A DNA stretch of 64,000 bases from Candidatus Aminicenantes bacterium (GTDB lineage Bacteria > Acidobacteriota > Aminicenantia > Aminicenantales > UBA4085): assembly GCA_963803915.1 (NCBI GenBank), contig CAWDOL010000014.1, positions 24,871-88,870 on the forward strand, written 5' to 3'. Each line of letters starts with the position of its first letter. The stretch's first letter is position 1. The notes beneath the pieces are model-generated. The model saw nothing but the letters and a program-made list of their open reading frames with translations. It searched no databases and was not told the DNA's origin. Made by a program: the position numbers and the translations under genes. Shown piece by piece: positions 20,453-30,595 of the stretch.

Positions 20453-21108
20453 GGACATTCTCCCGGCCCGATGCGGCGGGCCTTCAGGTAGGCCCGCACC
20501 TTGAGGCGGGCCTTGAAGAGCTGGGACTTGGAAGTCCCCGCGGACAGGCGGAGCATCGAGGCGATCTCCTCGTGCTTGAAGCCCTGCACGTCATGGAGCA
20601 GAAAAATCTGCTTGAGGCGCGGGGGTAGGAGGGCGATGGCGTCTTCGATGGGCCTGCGGAGGTCGCACTCGGGCCCCTTGATCGAGGCGTCCGGGATGGC
20701 GAACTCGACGTCGTCCAGAGCCACCGTCCGCCCCGACGAAGTCCGCTTCTCGCGCAGGTGGCTGAAGCAGGTGTTGAGGGCGATGCGGTAGGCCCAGCCG
20801 GGGAACATCTCGGCGCTCTTGACGTCGTCGAGGTGGGTGAAGATCTTGACGAAGATATCCTGCAGCAGGTCCTCGGCCGTGGCCCGGTCGCCGGAATAGC
20901 GGCGGGCCAGCCCGAAGAACGAGACCCGGAAGCGGTGGTAGATCGTCTCCAGGGCGGCGTCGTCGCCGTCGCGGCCGCGGGCGATCAGGTCGGCCAGCGG
21001 TTCGGGGGCGGGAATGGCGGCATCGAAATCGTCGCGCTGGCTCATGAACGGATTATCCATGATTTTCGGGGCTATTTCCAATGCCGGAGCCGCATACATG
21101 GTTTCCAT
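20449..21108 (-). CDS. ECF sigma factor
   Basis: AEDLLQDIFVKIF, GWAYRIALNTC, LLHDVQGFKHEEIA..GTSKSQLFKAR; start 21108 or 21045. Confidence 0.92.
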   Translation of the reverse strand: METMYAAPALEIAPKIMDNPFMSQRDDFDAAIPAPEPLADLIARGRDGDDAALETIYHRFRVSFFGLARRYSGDRATAEDLLQDIFVKIFTHLDDVKSAEMFPGWAYRIALNTCFSHLREKRTSSGRTVALDDVEFAIPDASIKGPECDLRRPIEDAIALLPPRLKQIFLLHDVQGFKHEEIASMLRLSAGTSKSQLFKARLKVRAYLKARRIGPGECP

Positions 21109-21129
21109 GGCTTTCGTTCCAACAACTAG

Positions 21130-21156
21130 GATGGAGAATCGGGGAAAAAGGTTGCC
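21130..21156 (-). promoter_or_regulatory. Putative ECF-type autoregulatory promoter
   Basis: Minus strand GGCAACC-N16-CATC just upstream of ATG 21108. Confidence 0.4.
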
Positions 21157-21161
21157 TAAGG

Positions 21162-21596
21162 CTAAGAAATAGTGGCCAGGAACTGCCCGAACAAGACCTC
21201 GGCCGTATCCCAAGGCGAGCCCGTCCGGCCTCGTATCATCCAGTAATTAAAAGACATCTGGGCTATGCCCAAGTAGTGGACGGCGGCCGAGACGGGGTCG
21301 ATATCGCGCCCGAAGCGTTTTTCGGCCTTTCCCCGCTCGATCATCCCGGCCGCCCCGTCGAGGACGGGCTTCAAGGCGAGTCGGAGGGCGGCGTCGAAGC
21401 GCCCGGATTCGTCGTCGGGGACGCCGCCGTAGAGGATCTCTCCCGCCGCGGGATCAGCCGCCAGAGCGTCGAGATGCCTGCGCAGGAAGTCCGCCAGGAC
21501 GTCCCGGGGGTTCCGGCCGGCAACCGAAGCCTGGCCCCACTGCCGGGCCAGGGAATCGGCCAGGCCGTCGGGCAACAGGGTCGGGGACTTCTTCAT
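21162..21596 (-). CDS. TetR C-terminal-domain-like protein lacking a helix-turn-helix
   Basis: MKKSPTLL...FLRRHLDALAADP..GEILYG..MIERGKAEKRFGRDIDPVSAAVHYLGIAQ resembles TetR ligand/dimerization helices; extended -10 TGCTATCAT 9 nt upstream. Confidence 0.6.
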   Translation of the reverse strand: MKKSPTLLPDGLADSLARQWGQASVAGRNPRDVLADFLRRHLDALAADPAAGEILYGGVPDDESGRFDAALRLALKPVLDGAAGMIERGKAEKRFGRDIDPVSAAVHYLGIAQMSFNYWMIRGRTGSPWDTAEVLFGQFLATIS

Positions 21597-21779
21597 CCGG
21601 CGGAAATGATAGCACATGGCGAGGGAGGGCGGGAGGCGGGTGGGGCAGGGAAGCGTTCCGGCCGCGGGATGGCTCCCCCCCCCCGGCCCCGCAAAATCAT
21701 CCCGGGCGGGGATGGCCCTTGCATGCGAAATAGGAAAGAATGATAGAGTAGCCCTTAGCCTCGCAGGGATGAAGAGTAC

Positions 21780-23949
21780 ATGAGCACCCAGCCCGACGAC
21801 TCGCAATGTCCGGATCGATTCCACGAAGTCCTGCAGAACATCGAGGAAGGCTACTACGAAACCGACCTCAAAGGCCGATTCACCTTCGTCAACGAGGCCA
21901 TGCTCCGAATCATCGGCCTGCCGCGCGAGCGTCTGGCGGGGATCGACAACCGGACCTACATGGATCCGGCCAGCTCGGCCACGGTGTTCGCGCTCTTCGG
22001 TGACGTCTACAAGACCGGGCAGCCGGCCCGCGGCGGGCCCATCCCGATCCAGCTGGGCGAGGGGCCGGCCCGCTGGTTCGAGTTTTCGATCGCCCTGATC
22101 CGCGACGCAGCCGGATCCCCGACCGGTTTCCGCGGACTCATCCACGAGATCACCGCCATCAAGCAGGCCGAGATCGCCCTGCGGACGACGACCTCGAGAT
22201 TGGAAGGCCTGGTCCAGGCCATACCGGACATCATCTATTTTAAAGACGCGGAGAGGCGCAACCAGATCGTCAACCGGGCCTTCGAGCAGGCCTTCGGACT
22301 GAGCCAGGGAGAGGTCGCCGGCAAGACGGATGAAGAGCTTCTGCCCCCCGACCTGGCCGCGGCCTGCCGGGCCAGCGACGACATCGTCTTCGCCACCGGT
22401 TTGCCTTTCCATTTGGAGGAGAGCACGATCCTTCGTGACGGCAGCCGCGTCCACTTCGGGACCATTAAAGCCCCCCTCCGGGATGGAGACGGGAAAGTCG
22501 TCGGGCTGATCGGCGTCAGCCGCGACATTACGGCCCAGCGGGAAGCCCAAAAGCGGATCGCGGAGAGCGAGGAGCGCTTCCGCGGGCTCTACGAAAACGC
22601 CACTCTGGGCATCTACCAGACCGACAAGGACGGCGGGATCCTGATGGCCAATCCGGCCCTCGTCAGGATGTTGGGGTATGAGGCGTTCGAGGAGCTTGCC
22701 GCGCGAAACCTCGAGGAGTCGGGCTTCGAGCCGCAATACCCGCGCGCGGAATTCAAGGCCCGCATGGAGAAGGACGGCGAGATCCGGGGCCTGGAATCGG
22801 CCTGGAAGCGCCGGGATGGATCGACCATCTTCGTCCGGGAGAGCGCCAAGGCCATTCGGGACGAAGCCGGCCGGGTCATCCGTTACGAGGGAACCGTCGA
22901 GGATGTCACCGAACGCCGGCTGGCCGAGATCGAGCTGCAAGCTTCGGAAGAGCGCTACCGACGCCTGATCGAAAACAGCCCCGACGCCATCTACCAGACG
23001 AGCGAAGACGGACGCATCCTGGCGGCGAATCCCTCCATGCGCCGGATGATGGGCTATGAAACCGGCGGCGAGTACTTGAAGACCGACGTCCATGACTTCC
23101 TATGCGGATGCCCGGCAGCGGACACCGTTCCGTGAGGCCATGGCCCGGGACGGCGAGGTCCACAACATGGAGCTCAATCTCCGGCGCAAAGACGGCTCGA
23201 CGTTTTATGTCCTGGCCAATGCCAATGCGGCCAAAGATAAGGACGGCCGGACGATCTTCGAAGGCATCCTGACCGACATCTCGGCCCAGAAGGAGAACGA
23301 GCGCAAGCTAGCGGCCGCCCTGGCCGAGAAGGAGGTCCTGATCAAGGAAATGCACCACCGGGTCAAGAACAACCTCCAGGTCATCTCCAGCCTGCTCAGC
23401 CTGCAGAGCCGCTTCCTGAAGCACCCCGACGACATCGACTTGTTCAAAGAGAGCCAGAAGCGCATCCGATCGATGGCCCTCATCCACGAGAAGCTCTACC
23501 AGTCGAAGAGCCTATCGCGGATCGAGTTTGCCTCCTACACCAGCCGCCTGGTCGAAAACCTTCTGGCCTCCCACCTGCGGGGCGTCCAGCCGATCGGGAT
23601 GAAAGCCGAGCTCGAGGAGGTCTACCTGGATATCCAGACGGCCATCCCCTGCGGACTGATCGTCAACGAGCTGGTCATGAACGCCCTGAAGCACGCCTTT
23701 CCCGGCGGGCGCGGGGGCACCATCCGGCTTGGCCTGCGCATGGATTCCGAAGGCCGGGTCGAGCTGACGGTCGGGGACGACGGCGTCGGCCTGCCGCCGG
23801 GCATGAACGTGCTGGCCGGGGACAGCATGGGCATGCAGATCGTGACCATGCTGACCCAGCAGCTCGACGGCCGCCTGGAGATCGACCGCTCGCCGGGAAC
23901 GCAGTTCCGCCTGACGTTCCGCGAGCTTGCCTACAAGCCTCGGCTCTGA
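21780..23949 (+). CDS. Cytoplasmic multi-PAS sensor histidine kinase (HisKA_2 type); +1 frameshift near 23099
   Basis: Four PAS/PAC repeats; KEMHHRVKNNLQVISSLL H-box; ELVMNALKHAF, DDGVG ATPase boxes in ORF 23092..23949. Confidence 0.88.
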
Positions 23950-23975
23950 GGCCGGCCGCGAGCCCGCCGCCCCGA

Positions 23976-26699
23976 TCAGATTCCCAACTCGATCTTCAGC
24001 AACTCCCCCGCCTTAAGGACGACGGGCTTGTCCCAGCGCAGCACGACCCGCGGGCCGGTCTGCTTGAAGGTAACGGCCGCAGCACCGCCGCCGGTCGCCT
24101 TCACCGCGGCCACGGTCTTCCCCGCCAGCGAGGGCGGCAGGGTCAGGGCCAGCTCGTTCAGCGTCAGCCCGCCATAAGCCACGAGGAGCTCGACGCTCTC
24201 GCCCTTGCCGGCCGTCGCCTTTTGGGAGAACTTGCCCCAGCCGGTCCCGCCGCTCCAGAACGTCCGGAAATCCTCGGGGTGAATCTTGGGCGCGAACTCG
24301 ATCGTCTTCTCGACGCCGGAGTAGGCATAGCCCGAGAGCGCGGTCAGGAGGCCCCAGGAGGACATGGCCCGGGCGTAGTGGTGCCCGCACTCGACCTCGT
24401 CCCAGGGATTTCTGCGGAAGCCGTCGTAGCGGTCCCGCACGCCCTTGACGATGGACAGGCCCTCGTCAAGCCGGCCCTCGTAGATCAGGTGCGAGGCGAC
24501 GTGGTACTCGATGCCCGTCCAGACCTCGTCGGAATAGACGAACGGGAGCGGGGGCCGCCCGCCCTTGGGCCAGGTGCAGAGCAGCAGCCCCTTCTCGTCG
24601 TTGAGGGCGTAGGTGCGCTGGGCGCTGGAATAGTCCGCAAAATCGGTCAGGAAGTTGTACTTGTAGATCGAGCCCAGGGTCGTCTTGAGCCGGTCCTCGG
24701 GCAGGAAGCGCCCCAGGCCGGCCACCATGGCCAACCACTGGCCCAGCATCTGGTCGGACAGGCATCCGTCGCCGTACTGGTACTTGGTTTCCATGACCTT
24801 GTCGTACTTCTGGACGTAGTACTCGCCGTTCCAGAGGGTGGCGTCGAAGGCTCGGCGTCCCTTCTCGAGCATCGCCGCGCACTCCTCGCCGAAAGCCGGG
24901 TCGCCCGCCGGCCCGGCCATGCGCGAGGCGGCCAGCAAGGCGCCCAGGTAGAACGTGCCCATCATGCTGTTGGGCCCGTAGAACTCGATGTCGTAGGTGT
25001 TGTGCTGCTCGCCCTCGATCAGGCCGTCCTTATCGGCGTCCCAATGCTTCCAGGTGTAGTCTAGGACCAGTTTGACCTTGGGCCAGAGCTTCTTGAGAAA
25101 GGCCGTGTCGCCCGAGATCTGCCAGTCGCGGTAGAGGTTGATGATCTTGCCCAGCGAGCCGTCGGCCGCCGGCTTGAAGTCCCACAGAAACCCCGAGTTC
25201 AGCGGCAGGCTGGTGCGGAAGATCATGGCCCCATCGTCCTTGGTGTTGTTCAGGAAGTCGGTCTCGCGCATGAACCGCTCCAGACCGGGATAGAGGAAGG
25301 CCAGCGACTGCTCGTAGTTCCAGACGTGGCCGCAGTTGAGTGGGCAGCAGCCGGACTGGTCGTTGCAGCCCTCGAAGGCGAAGAACTGGTTGCCCTTCAG
25401 CAGGAAGCAGGTCGTGGTCCGGATGATGGCCGCCTGCGAGGACAGGGCGTCCAGGACGTAGGGTGGCAGAGTCGAGTCGTAGAAGACCTCGTGGAAGCGG
25501 CGTGTCTCCCGCTCCAGGGCGGGCAGGTTGGCGTCCAGATACTCGGCCGCGGCCCAGGCGTCGGCAAAGCGGGTGGCATACTGGTTGAGAAACTTCTGGC
25601 CGCGCTGGGAGCGGACCGAGTCGAAGTAATCAAGGAAGTTGGGAAAGCTCCAGGAAAGATAGAACGGCACCACGGCCTCGCCGAACGGCTCGAGGACCAC
25701 CCGGGCGCCGAGCGTGCCCACGTCGCTGCGGCCGTCCGGGGAGGGCGAGGCGTCGGTCTCGTTCTTGAGCGTCCCGTCCGCGGCGAAGTCGTCCCAGAAA
25801 ATCTGCAGGTCGTCGAACCAGTCGCCGCGAACCCAGTGGGAGAGGTAGGTGACGTCCTTCCAGGGCGTCGTCAGGGCCACGTTGCCGGCCGCCGACGTGG
25901 TCGGGTCGACTTTCTTGGAGGTCATGTAAAGCCCGTTCAGAGCGCCCCCGGTGCGGACCTGGTTGACGTTCTGCCCGAGCTTGGCATGGCCGATGCCGGT
26001 AAGCTTGCCCTCGCCGTCGAACCCGACCGGGTTGAAGAGCGAGCCGGCCACGGTCGCCTGGACGCGCTTGGCGCTCAGGTTCTTCAGCCGGTAGCGCAGG
26101 ACGACGACCGGGAGGCCCGAGGCGTCCACGTCCAGCGGGACGAACGGGTTGAACGCCTCCAGGGTGACTTCGAGCGGCAGCTTGCCGTCCGTCATCTCAA
26201 CGGAAGCGAAGGGGTATTCACCGACGAATCGCGTCGTCTCCATCCGCGGCAGGCCGGGCACCTGGGCCCGGTGCAGGCCGTCCTGGCCGGTGAAGGGCGG
26301 GGTCATGCGCCCCTCCAGGACGCGGACGACGGGTGTTTCGCCTTCCGCCCGGCAGTACAGGGAAAAGAAAGTGAACGGCAGGTCGACCCCTTTGCCGGGA
26401 CGGTTGAAGATCTCCCAATCGCGCAGGTTGCCGCGGCCGCCCAGCGAGACCGTGCCCGTACCGATGCCGCCGAGGGGGAACGCCAGCTCCCGCAAGGTTG
26501 CGCCCTCAAACGTCCGCACCGCCCCCAGGCCGTAAAGCTCGGACTTGGTGAAGGGGCTGCCGAGGGTGGCTTGAGCGGGAGCCGAGGCCTGGGCCGTACC
26601 GGCCAAGCCTGCCGATCCTGTCGTGCCGGCCGGAGCCGATAAGGTCGCCAGCGCAAGGATAAGACAGAGCGCAAGAAGGCGGAACGGGCGTCGGGTCAT
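23976..26699 (-). CDS. Secreted GH116-family glycoside hydrolase
   Basis: FPLGGIGTG, EGC..GCCP.NCGHVWNY, QHNTYDIEFYG, CLSDQMLGQW, YSDEVWTGIEY, ECGHHYARAM motifs. Confidence 0.92.
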   Translation of the reverse strand: MTRRPFRLLALCLILALATLSAPAGTTGSAGLAGTAQASAPAQATLGSPFTKSELYGLGAVRTFEGATLRELAFPLGGIGTGTVSLGGRGNLRDWEIFNRPGKGVDLPFTFFSLYCRAEGETPVVRVLEGRMTPPFTGQDGLHRAQVPGLPRMETTRFVGEYPFASVEMTDGKLPLEVTLEAFNPFVPLDVDASGLPVVVLRYRLKNLSAKRVQATVAGSLFNPVGFDGEGKLTGIGHAKLGQNVNQVRTGGALNGLYMTSKKVDPTTSAAGNVALTTPWKDVTYLSHWVRGDWFDDLQIFWDDFAADGTLKNETDASPSPDGRSDVGTLGARVVLEPFGEAVVPFYLSWSFPNFLDYFDSVRSQRGQKFLNQYATRFADAWAAAEYLDANLPALERETRRFHEVFYDSTLPPYVLDALSSQAAIIRTTTCFLLKGNQFFAFEGCNDQSGCCPLNCGHVWNYEQSLAFLYPGLERFMRETDFLNNTKDDGAMIFRTSLPLNSGFLWDFKPAADGSLGKIINLYRDWQISGDTAFLKKLWPKVKLVLDYTWKHWDADKDGLIEGEQHNTYDIEFYGPNSMMGTFYLGALLAASRMAGPAGDPAFGEECAAMLEKGRRAFDATLWNGEYYVQKYDKVMETKYQYGDGCLSDQMLGQWLAMVAGLGRFLPEDRLKTTLGSIYKYNFLTDFADYSSAQRTYALNDEKGLLLCTWPKGGRPPLPFVYSDEVWTGIEYHVASHLIYEGRLDEGLSIVKGVRDRYDGFRRNPWDEVECGHHYARAMSSWGLLTALSGYAYSGVEKTIEFAPKIHPEDFRTFWSGGTGWGKFSQKATAGKGESVELLVAYGGLTLNELALTLPPSLAGKTVAAVKATGGGAAAVTFKQTGPRVVLRWDKPVVLKAGELLKIELGI

Positions 26700-26826
26700 G
26701 GCGTTACTCCCTGAAAGAAATCCTCAATGGAGGAAGGCAAATTCGCCCCATTACTAGTCCCGGCCGGGAAAAAAGTCAACCGTGAGAGACGATGCGGGCC
26801 GTGAAGGATACGACGCCGCGAATGTA

Positions 26827-28902
26827 TCATGCCCGGGGAGCGGATTCGGCTTCACGGAAGGTCAGGGTGAAGGCCGTCCCGTTCGCCCGGTCGAGCTCGA
26901 TCGTCGCGCCCAACTGGCCGGCCAGCAGGTTCACGATTTGAAGACCCAGGCTTTCCGCTTGGCGAAAATCCAAGCCTTCCGGGAGCCCGACGCCGTCATC
27001 CGCGATTCGGATTTTGATTGCGCCGTCGGGCCCCTGCTTAACCCCGAGCCGTATGACGCCGGCCTGGTTCTCCGCGAAGGCATGCTTGAGCGCGTTGGAG
27101 ATCAGCTCATTGAGGAGCAGCCCGCAGGGGACGGCCGAGCTGATGCCTAGGGCGACATCGTCAATATCCGTTTCCAGCCTGATGAGGCCGGGCAGGGGCC
27201 GGTAGAAATGGACCAGCTGGACGGCCAGGCTCTGGATATACCCGCCCAAATCAATGCGGGACAGATTGGCCGATTGGTAGAGCTTCTCGTGAACGAGGCT
27301 GATGCTGCGAATGCGCGCCTGAGACTCCTTGAGGATAGCCCGGCCGTCTTCGTTGAGGATTTGCCCGGCCTGGAGGTTGAAGAGGCTGGAAATGACCTGC
27401 ATGTTGTTCTTGACCCGGTGGTGGATCTCCCGGAGCAGGACTTCCTTTTCCTTCAACGAGGCCAGGACCGACTCCTCGGCGTTTTTCAGGCTGTCGATAT
27501 CGGTGCATGTGCCGAACCACTTTTGGACTTTGCCGGCTGCGTCGCGATAAGGCGTGCCGCGGATCAACCACCAGTGGTAGGCTCCGTCGGCGCGGCGCAA
27601 ACGGCACTCGAGCGAGTAGACGGCGCCGAATCGAGTCGCGTTTTGCCAGGCGTCCCAAGCCCGCTGCCGATCGTCCGGATGGAAAGGCTTATTCCACCCG
27701 TGCCCGTAGCTCTCCTCCAGCGTCTGTCCCGTGTAATCCACCCATTGCCGGTTAAAATATATGTTCCAGCCGTCCGGACGGGTGATCCAGACGATCTGCG
27801 GCATGGCCTCGGCCAGCGAATGGAACTCCTTTTCGCTCTCCCGCAGCACCTCCTCGGCCTTCCTTCGATAGGACACATCCGTCAGCAGAACCAGCCGGGT
27901 CGTGGATCGGCCGTCGGGGTCGGCTACGAAAGAGAAGCTCATCTGGTATGTCCGCGGTTCCCCTCCTCGATCCAAGACAATTTCCGTGTTGGGTTCGGAC
28001 GTTTGGCCGGGCAGGCCGAATCGGTCGGGCCATTGCGGCAAAACCTGTTTCACGGGCAAGCCCCTGGCGGCCGAGATCTTCACCCCGAGCAGCTGCTCCG
28101 CCGCGGGGTTCGCATCGACGATACGGTCCCACTGGTCCAGCACAAAGATGGAAGCCTCTATCCGCTCAAAAACGGTATCGCGGGCCAGGGGAATGACTTT
28201 ATGGAGATGGAAACGAGGAAGAGACCAGACCAGCAACAGGCCGCCGGCAAAGGATGCCCACGGCGTGATTCCCACCGACAGCTTCCAAGTGCGGCTCAAG
28301 CCGAGCGTCTCGACCAGAGCGGCCAGCATGGGCAGCGACGCGGCCGTCAGAAGGCCCAGGGATTCCCGGAGTCGGCCCTTGTGCCGGCGGAGGACGTTCT
28401 TGACCAGGAGGACGCTTCCGGAGAGGGCCAGAGCGAAGTTATAGGCCATTCCAATCCCATAGACGAGACCATAGGCGGGCTGAAGCGGAAGATAAGGATT
28501 GACGCTATTCAGGCCTGGGCTGCCCCAGATCAGATGGTGAAGCGAATTGGTCCAAATTCCCAGGAGGACGAGGCCCGGCATGACGCCCAGGAGAACGTAG
28601 GTGCGCCGGCTGAGCCAGCGGTTGGATCCGAGATGGTGAACGATATACAGCCACCAGAAGGTGATGGCGATGGTGCCCCAAATGAGCTGAGCCCCCATCA
28701 AATAGCTCTTGGGGCCGGGAACCGGCAGTCCTATCTCGATGGCGTGCGACAGCATCCACATCGAGCACGACAGCAGAAGCGTGGATCCGAAGAGCCTCGC
28801 CCGGCGGTTAAGATCCCTCCAGGGAAAATAGATCGCCAGAACGAGGATGCATGCCGAAGCCGAGATCTCCGAGATGACGCCGGCAGACCATTGCCACGAC
28901 AT
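26827..28902 (-). CDS. 7TM (HisKA_7TM) + two PAS + HisKA_2 sensor histidine kinase
   Basis: Seven hydrophobic N-terminal segments; PAS_3 ([12 protein letters not shown]); [17 protein letters not shown]; [16 protein letters not shown]. Confidence 0.9.
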   Translation of the reverse strand: MSWQWSAGVISEISASACILVLAIYFPWRDLNRRARLFGSTLLLSCSMWMLSHAIEIGLPVPGPKSYLMGAQLIWGTIAITFWWLYIVHHLGSNRWLSRRTYVLLGVMPGLVLLGIWTNSLHHLIWGSPGLNSVNPYLPLQPAYGLVYGIGMAYNFALALSGSVLLVKNVLRRHKGRLRESLGLLTAASLPMLAALVETLGLSRTWKLSVGITPWASFAGGLLLVWSLPRFHLHKVIPLARDTVFERIEASIFVLDQWDRIVDANPAAEQLLGVKISAARGLPVKQVLPQWPDRFGLPGQTSEPNTEIVLDRGGEPRTYQMSFSFVADPDGRSTTRLVLLTDVSYRRKAEEVLRESEKEFHSLAEAMPQIVWITRPDGWNIYFNRQWVDYTGQTLEESYGHGWNKPFHPDDRQRAWDAWQNATRFGAVYSLECRLRRADGAYHWWLIRGTPYRDAAGKVQKWFGTCTDIDSLKNAEESVLASLKEKEVLLREIHHRVKNNMQVISSLFNLQAGQILNEDGRAILKESQARIRSISLVHEKLYQSANLSRIDLGGYIQSLAVQLVHFYRPLPGLIRLETDIDDVALGISSAVPCGLLLNELISNALKHAFAENQAGVIRLGVKQGPDGAIKIRIADDGVGLPEGLDFRQAESLGLQIVNLLAGQLGATIELDRANGTAFTLTFREAESAPRA

Positions 28903-28985
28903 GATAAGCAACGCCCCCTCTGGTTATGGCTTCCCTTTCGTGCCTTAAGCATAGCTCAAGCGGCCGCGTTATTCAAAGTAGGAGG

Positions 28986-29061
<76 letters not shown>

Positions 29062-29179
29062 ACCCTGAAGGGGACCTCACTCTAGCATTTTTCGGGGGAT
29101 TTTTCCAGCCGGCGGGCCGATACCGCGGCCGGCCCCCGGCGACTCGCGCCCGGGAGCCGGAATATACGGATCCCCGCAT

Positions 29180-29208
29180 TTGAAAACCCTCGCGGAGCCT
29201 CCTATAAT
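29180..29208 (+). promoter_or_regulatory. Near-consensus sigma70 promoter of the cytochrome operon
   Basis: TTGAAA-N17-TATAAT; GGGAGG RBS precedes ATG 29242. Confidence 0.7.
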
Positions 29209-29241
29209 AGAAGGCACGCATCATCGGCTCGGGAGGCCAAC

Positions 29242-30585
29242 ATGGGCAAAGTTTGGAAGATCGCCGCCGTGGCCGCCGTCACGGCCTTCGGCATCCTGAT
29301 CGTCGCGGGGGCCGCGCCGGCCCAGAAGAAGACCTACGACTTGTTCGAAACCCCTCAGCGCTGCGCCCAGTGCCACAGGGAGATCCACACCGAGTGGAAG
29401 TCGTCCATGATGTCCCAGGCCTACACCCACCACTGGGACGAGATCGAGTACTTCGGGCTGGCCGTGCCGCAGGCGGACAGGGACCCCAAGGTGGCCGAGG
29501 TCAAGGCCGGCTGCAACGTCTGCCATGCCCCGGCCGCCTTCTTCATCGGCGACACACCGCCGCCTCTGCCCTCGGCCAACAGCCGGGCCAACGAGGCCGT
29601 GGCCTGCGACATCTGCCACACCATTTCGGGCTTCCAGGGCGACACGCCCTTCAACGGGAACTACATCCTGAACCCCGGCAAGGTCAAGTTCGGCCCGCGG
29701 GCGGGTGTGGTCTCGCCCTTCCACGAGACCCGGCAATCGGACTTCATCAAGTCCGCCGACTTCTGCGGCACCTGCCACAACGAGAAGAGCCCCTACGGGA
29801 TCTGGGTCAAGAGCACCCACCTGGAGTGGAAGGAGGGCCCCTACGCCAAGCAGGACGTCCGCTGCCAGGACTGCCACATGTGGCGCTACCCCGGCAAGAG
29901 CGCCGACATGGGCCAGCCCCTGCCCGACCTGGCCCACCACAACTTCCCGGGCGCCCATGTGCCCGCCAAGTACCGCGGCACGGTCGAGCTGAAGGTCTAC
30001 GCCGACGCCGAAGAGTACGAGCCGGGCGACAAGGCCGTCTTCAAGGTCCACCTCTACAACGCCAAGACGGGGCACAAGTTCCCGACCGGCTCGGTGGAGG
30101 ACCGCCAGCTCTGGCTGGAAGTCCACGCCGTGGACGCCAAGGGCAACCGCTTCAAGCTGCCCGTGGACAAGAAGGGCTTCCCGGGCGAGGAGTACACGAT
30201 CTCGTCCAACACCCTGGCCTACCAGGACATCGGCGACATGATGCTGGGCTTGCCCGACTTCGCCGGCCTCAAGCGCGACGACCTGGAGGAAGGCCACCGC
30301 GTCTTCCGCATGGCCTACTTCGATCCCAAGGGCCGCATGACCATCGGCCAGTGGAACACCAGCGCCTTGGGAACGGACTACCGGATCGGGCCGCGCGAGA
30401 CCAAGATCGAGCAGTACACCTGGACCCTGCCGCAGACCCTGCCCGAGGGGACGCTGCGCATCGAGGCCAAGCTGAACTACCGCCTGCTGGTCAAGAGTGT
30501 GGCCGACTACCTCAAGGTGCCGGCCGACGAGTCCGAGATCCGCGAGATCAACGCCGAGACGGCGGAAGTCAAGATCGTTTACTGA
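29242..30585 (+). CDS. Periplasmic pentaheme c-type cytochrome with C-terminal beta-rich domain
   Basis: Signal peptide; five CxxCH motifs (CAQCH, CNVCH, CDICH, CGTCH, CQDCH). Confidence 0.9.
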   Translation: MGKVWKIAAVAAVTAFGILIVAGAAPAQKKTYDLFETPQRCAQCHREIHTEWKSSMMSQAYTHHWDEIEYFGLAVPQADRDPKVAEVKAGCNVCHAPAAFFIGDTPPPLPSANSRANEAVACDICHTISGFQGDTPFNGNYILNPGKVKFGPRAGVVSPFHETRQSDFIKSADFCGTCHNEKSPYGIWVKSTHLEWKEGPYAKQDVRCQDCHMWRYPGKSADMGQPLPDLAHHNFPGAHVPAKYRGTVELKVYADAEEYEPGDKAVFKVHLYNAKTGHKFPTGSVEDRQLWLEVHAVDAKGNRFKLPVDKKGFPGEEYTISSNTLAYQDIGDMMLGLPDFAGLKRDDLEEGHRVFRMAYFDPKGRMTIGQWNTSALGTDYRIGPRETKIEQYTWTLPQTLPEGTLRIEAKLNYRLLVKSVADYLKVPADESEIREINAETAEVKIVY

Positions 30586-30595
30586 GGAGCGCGCC

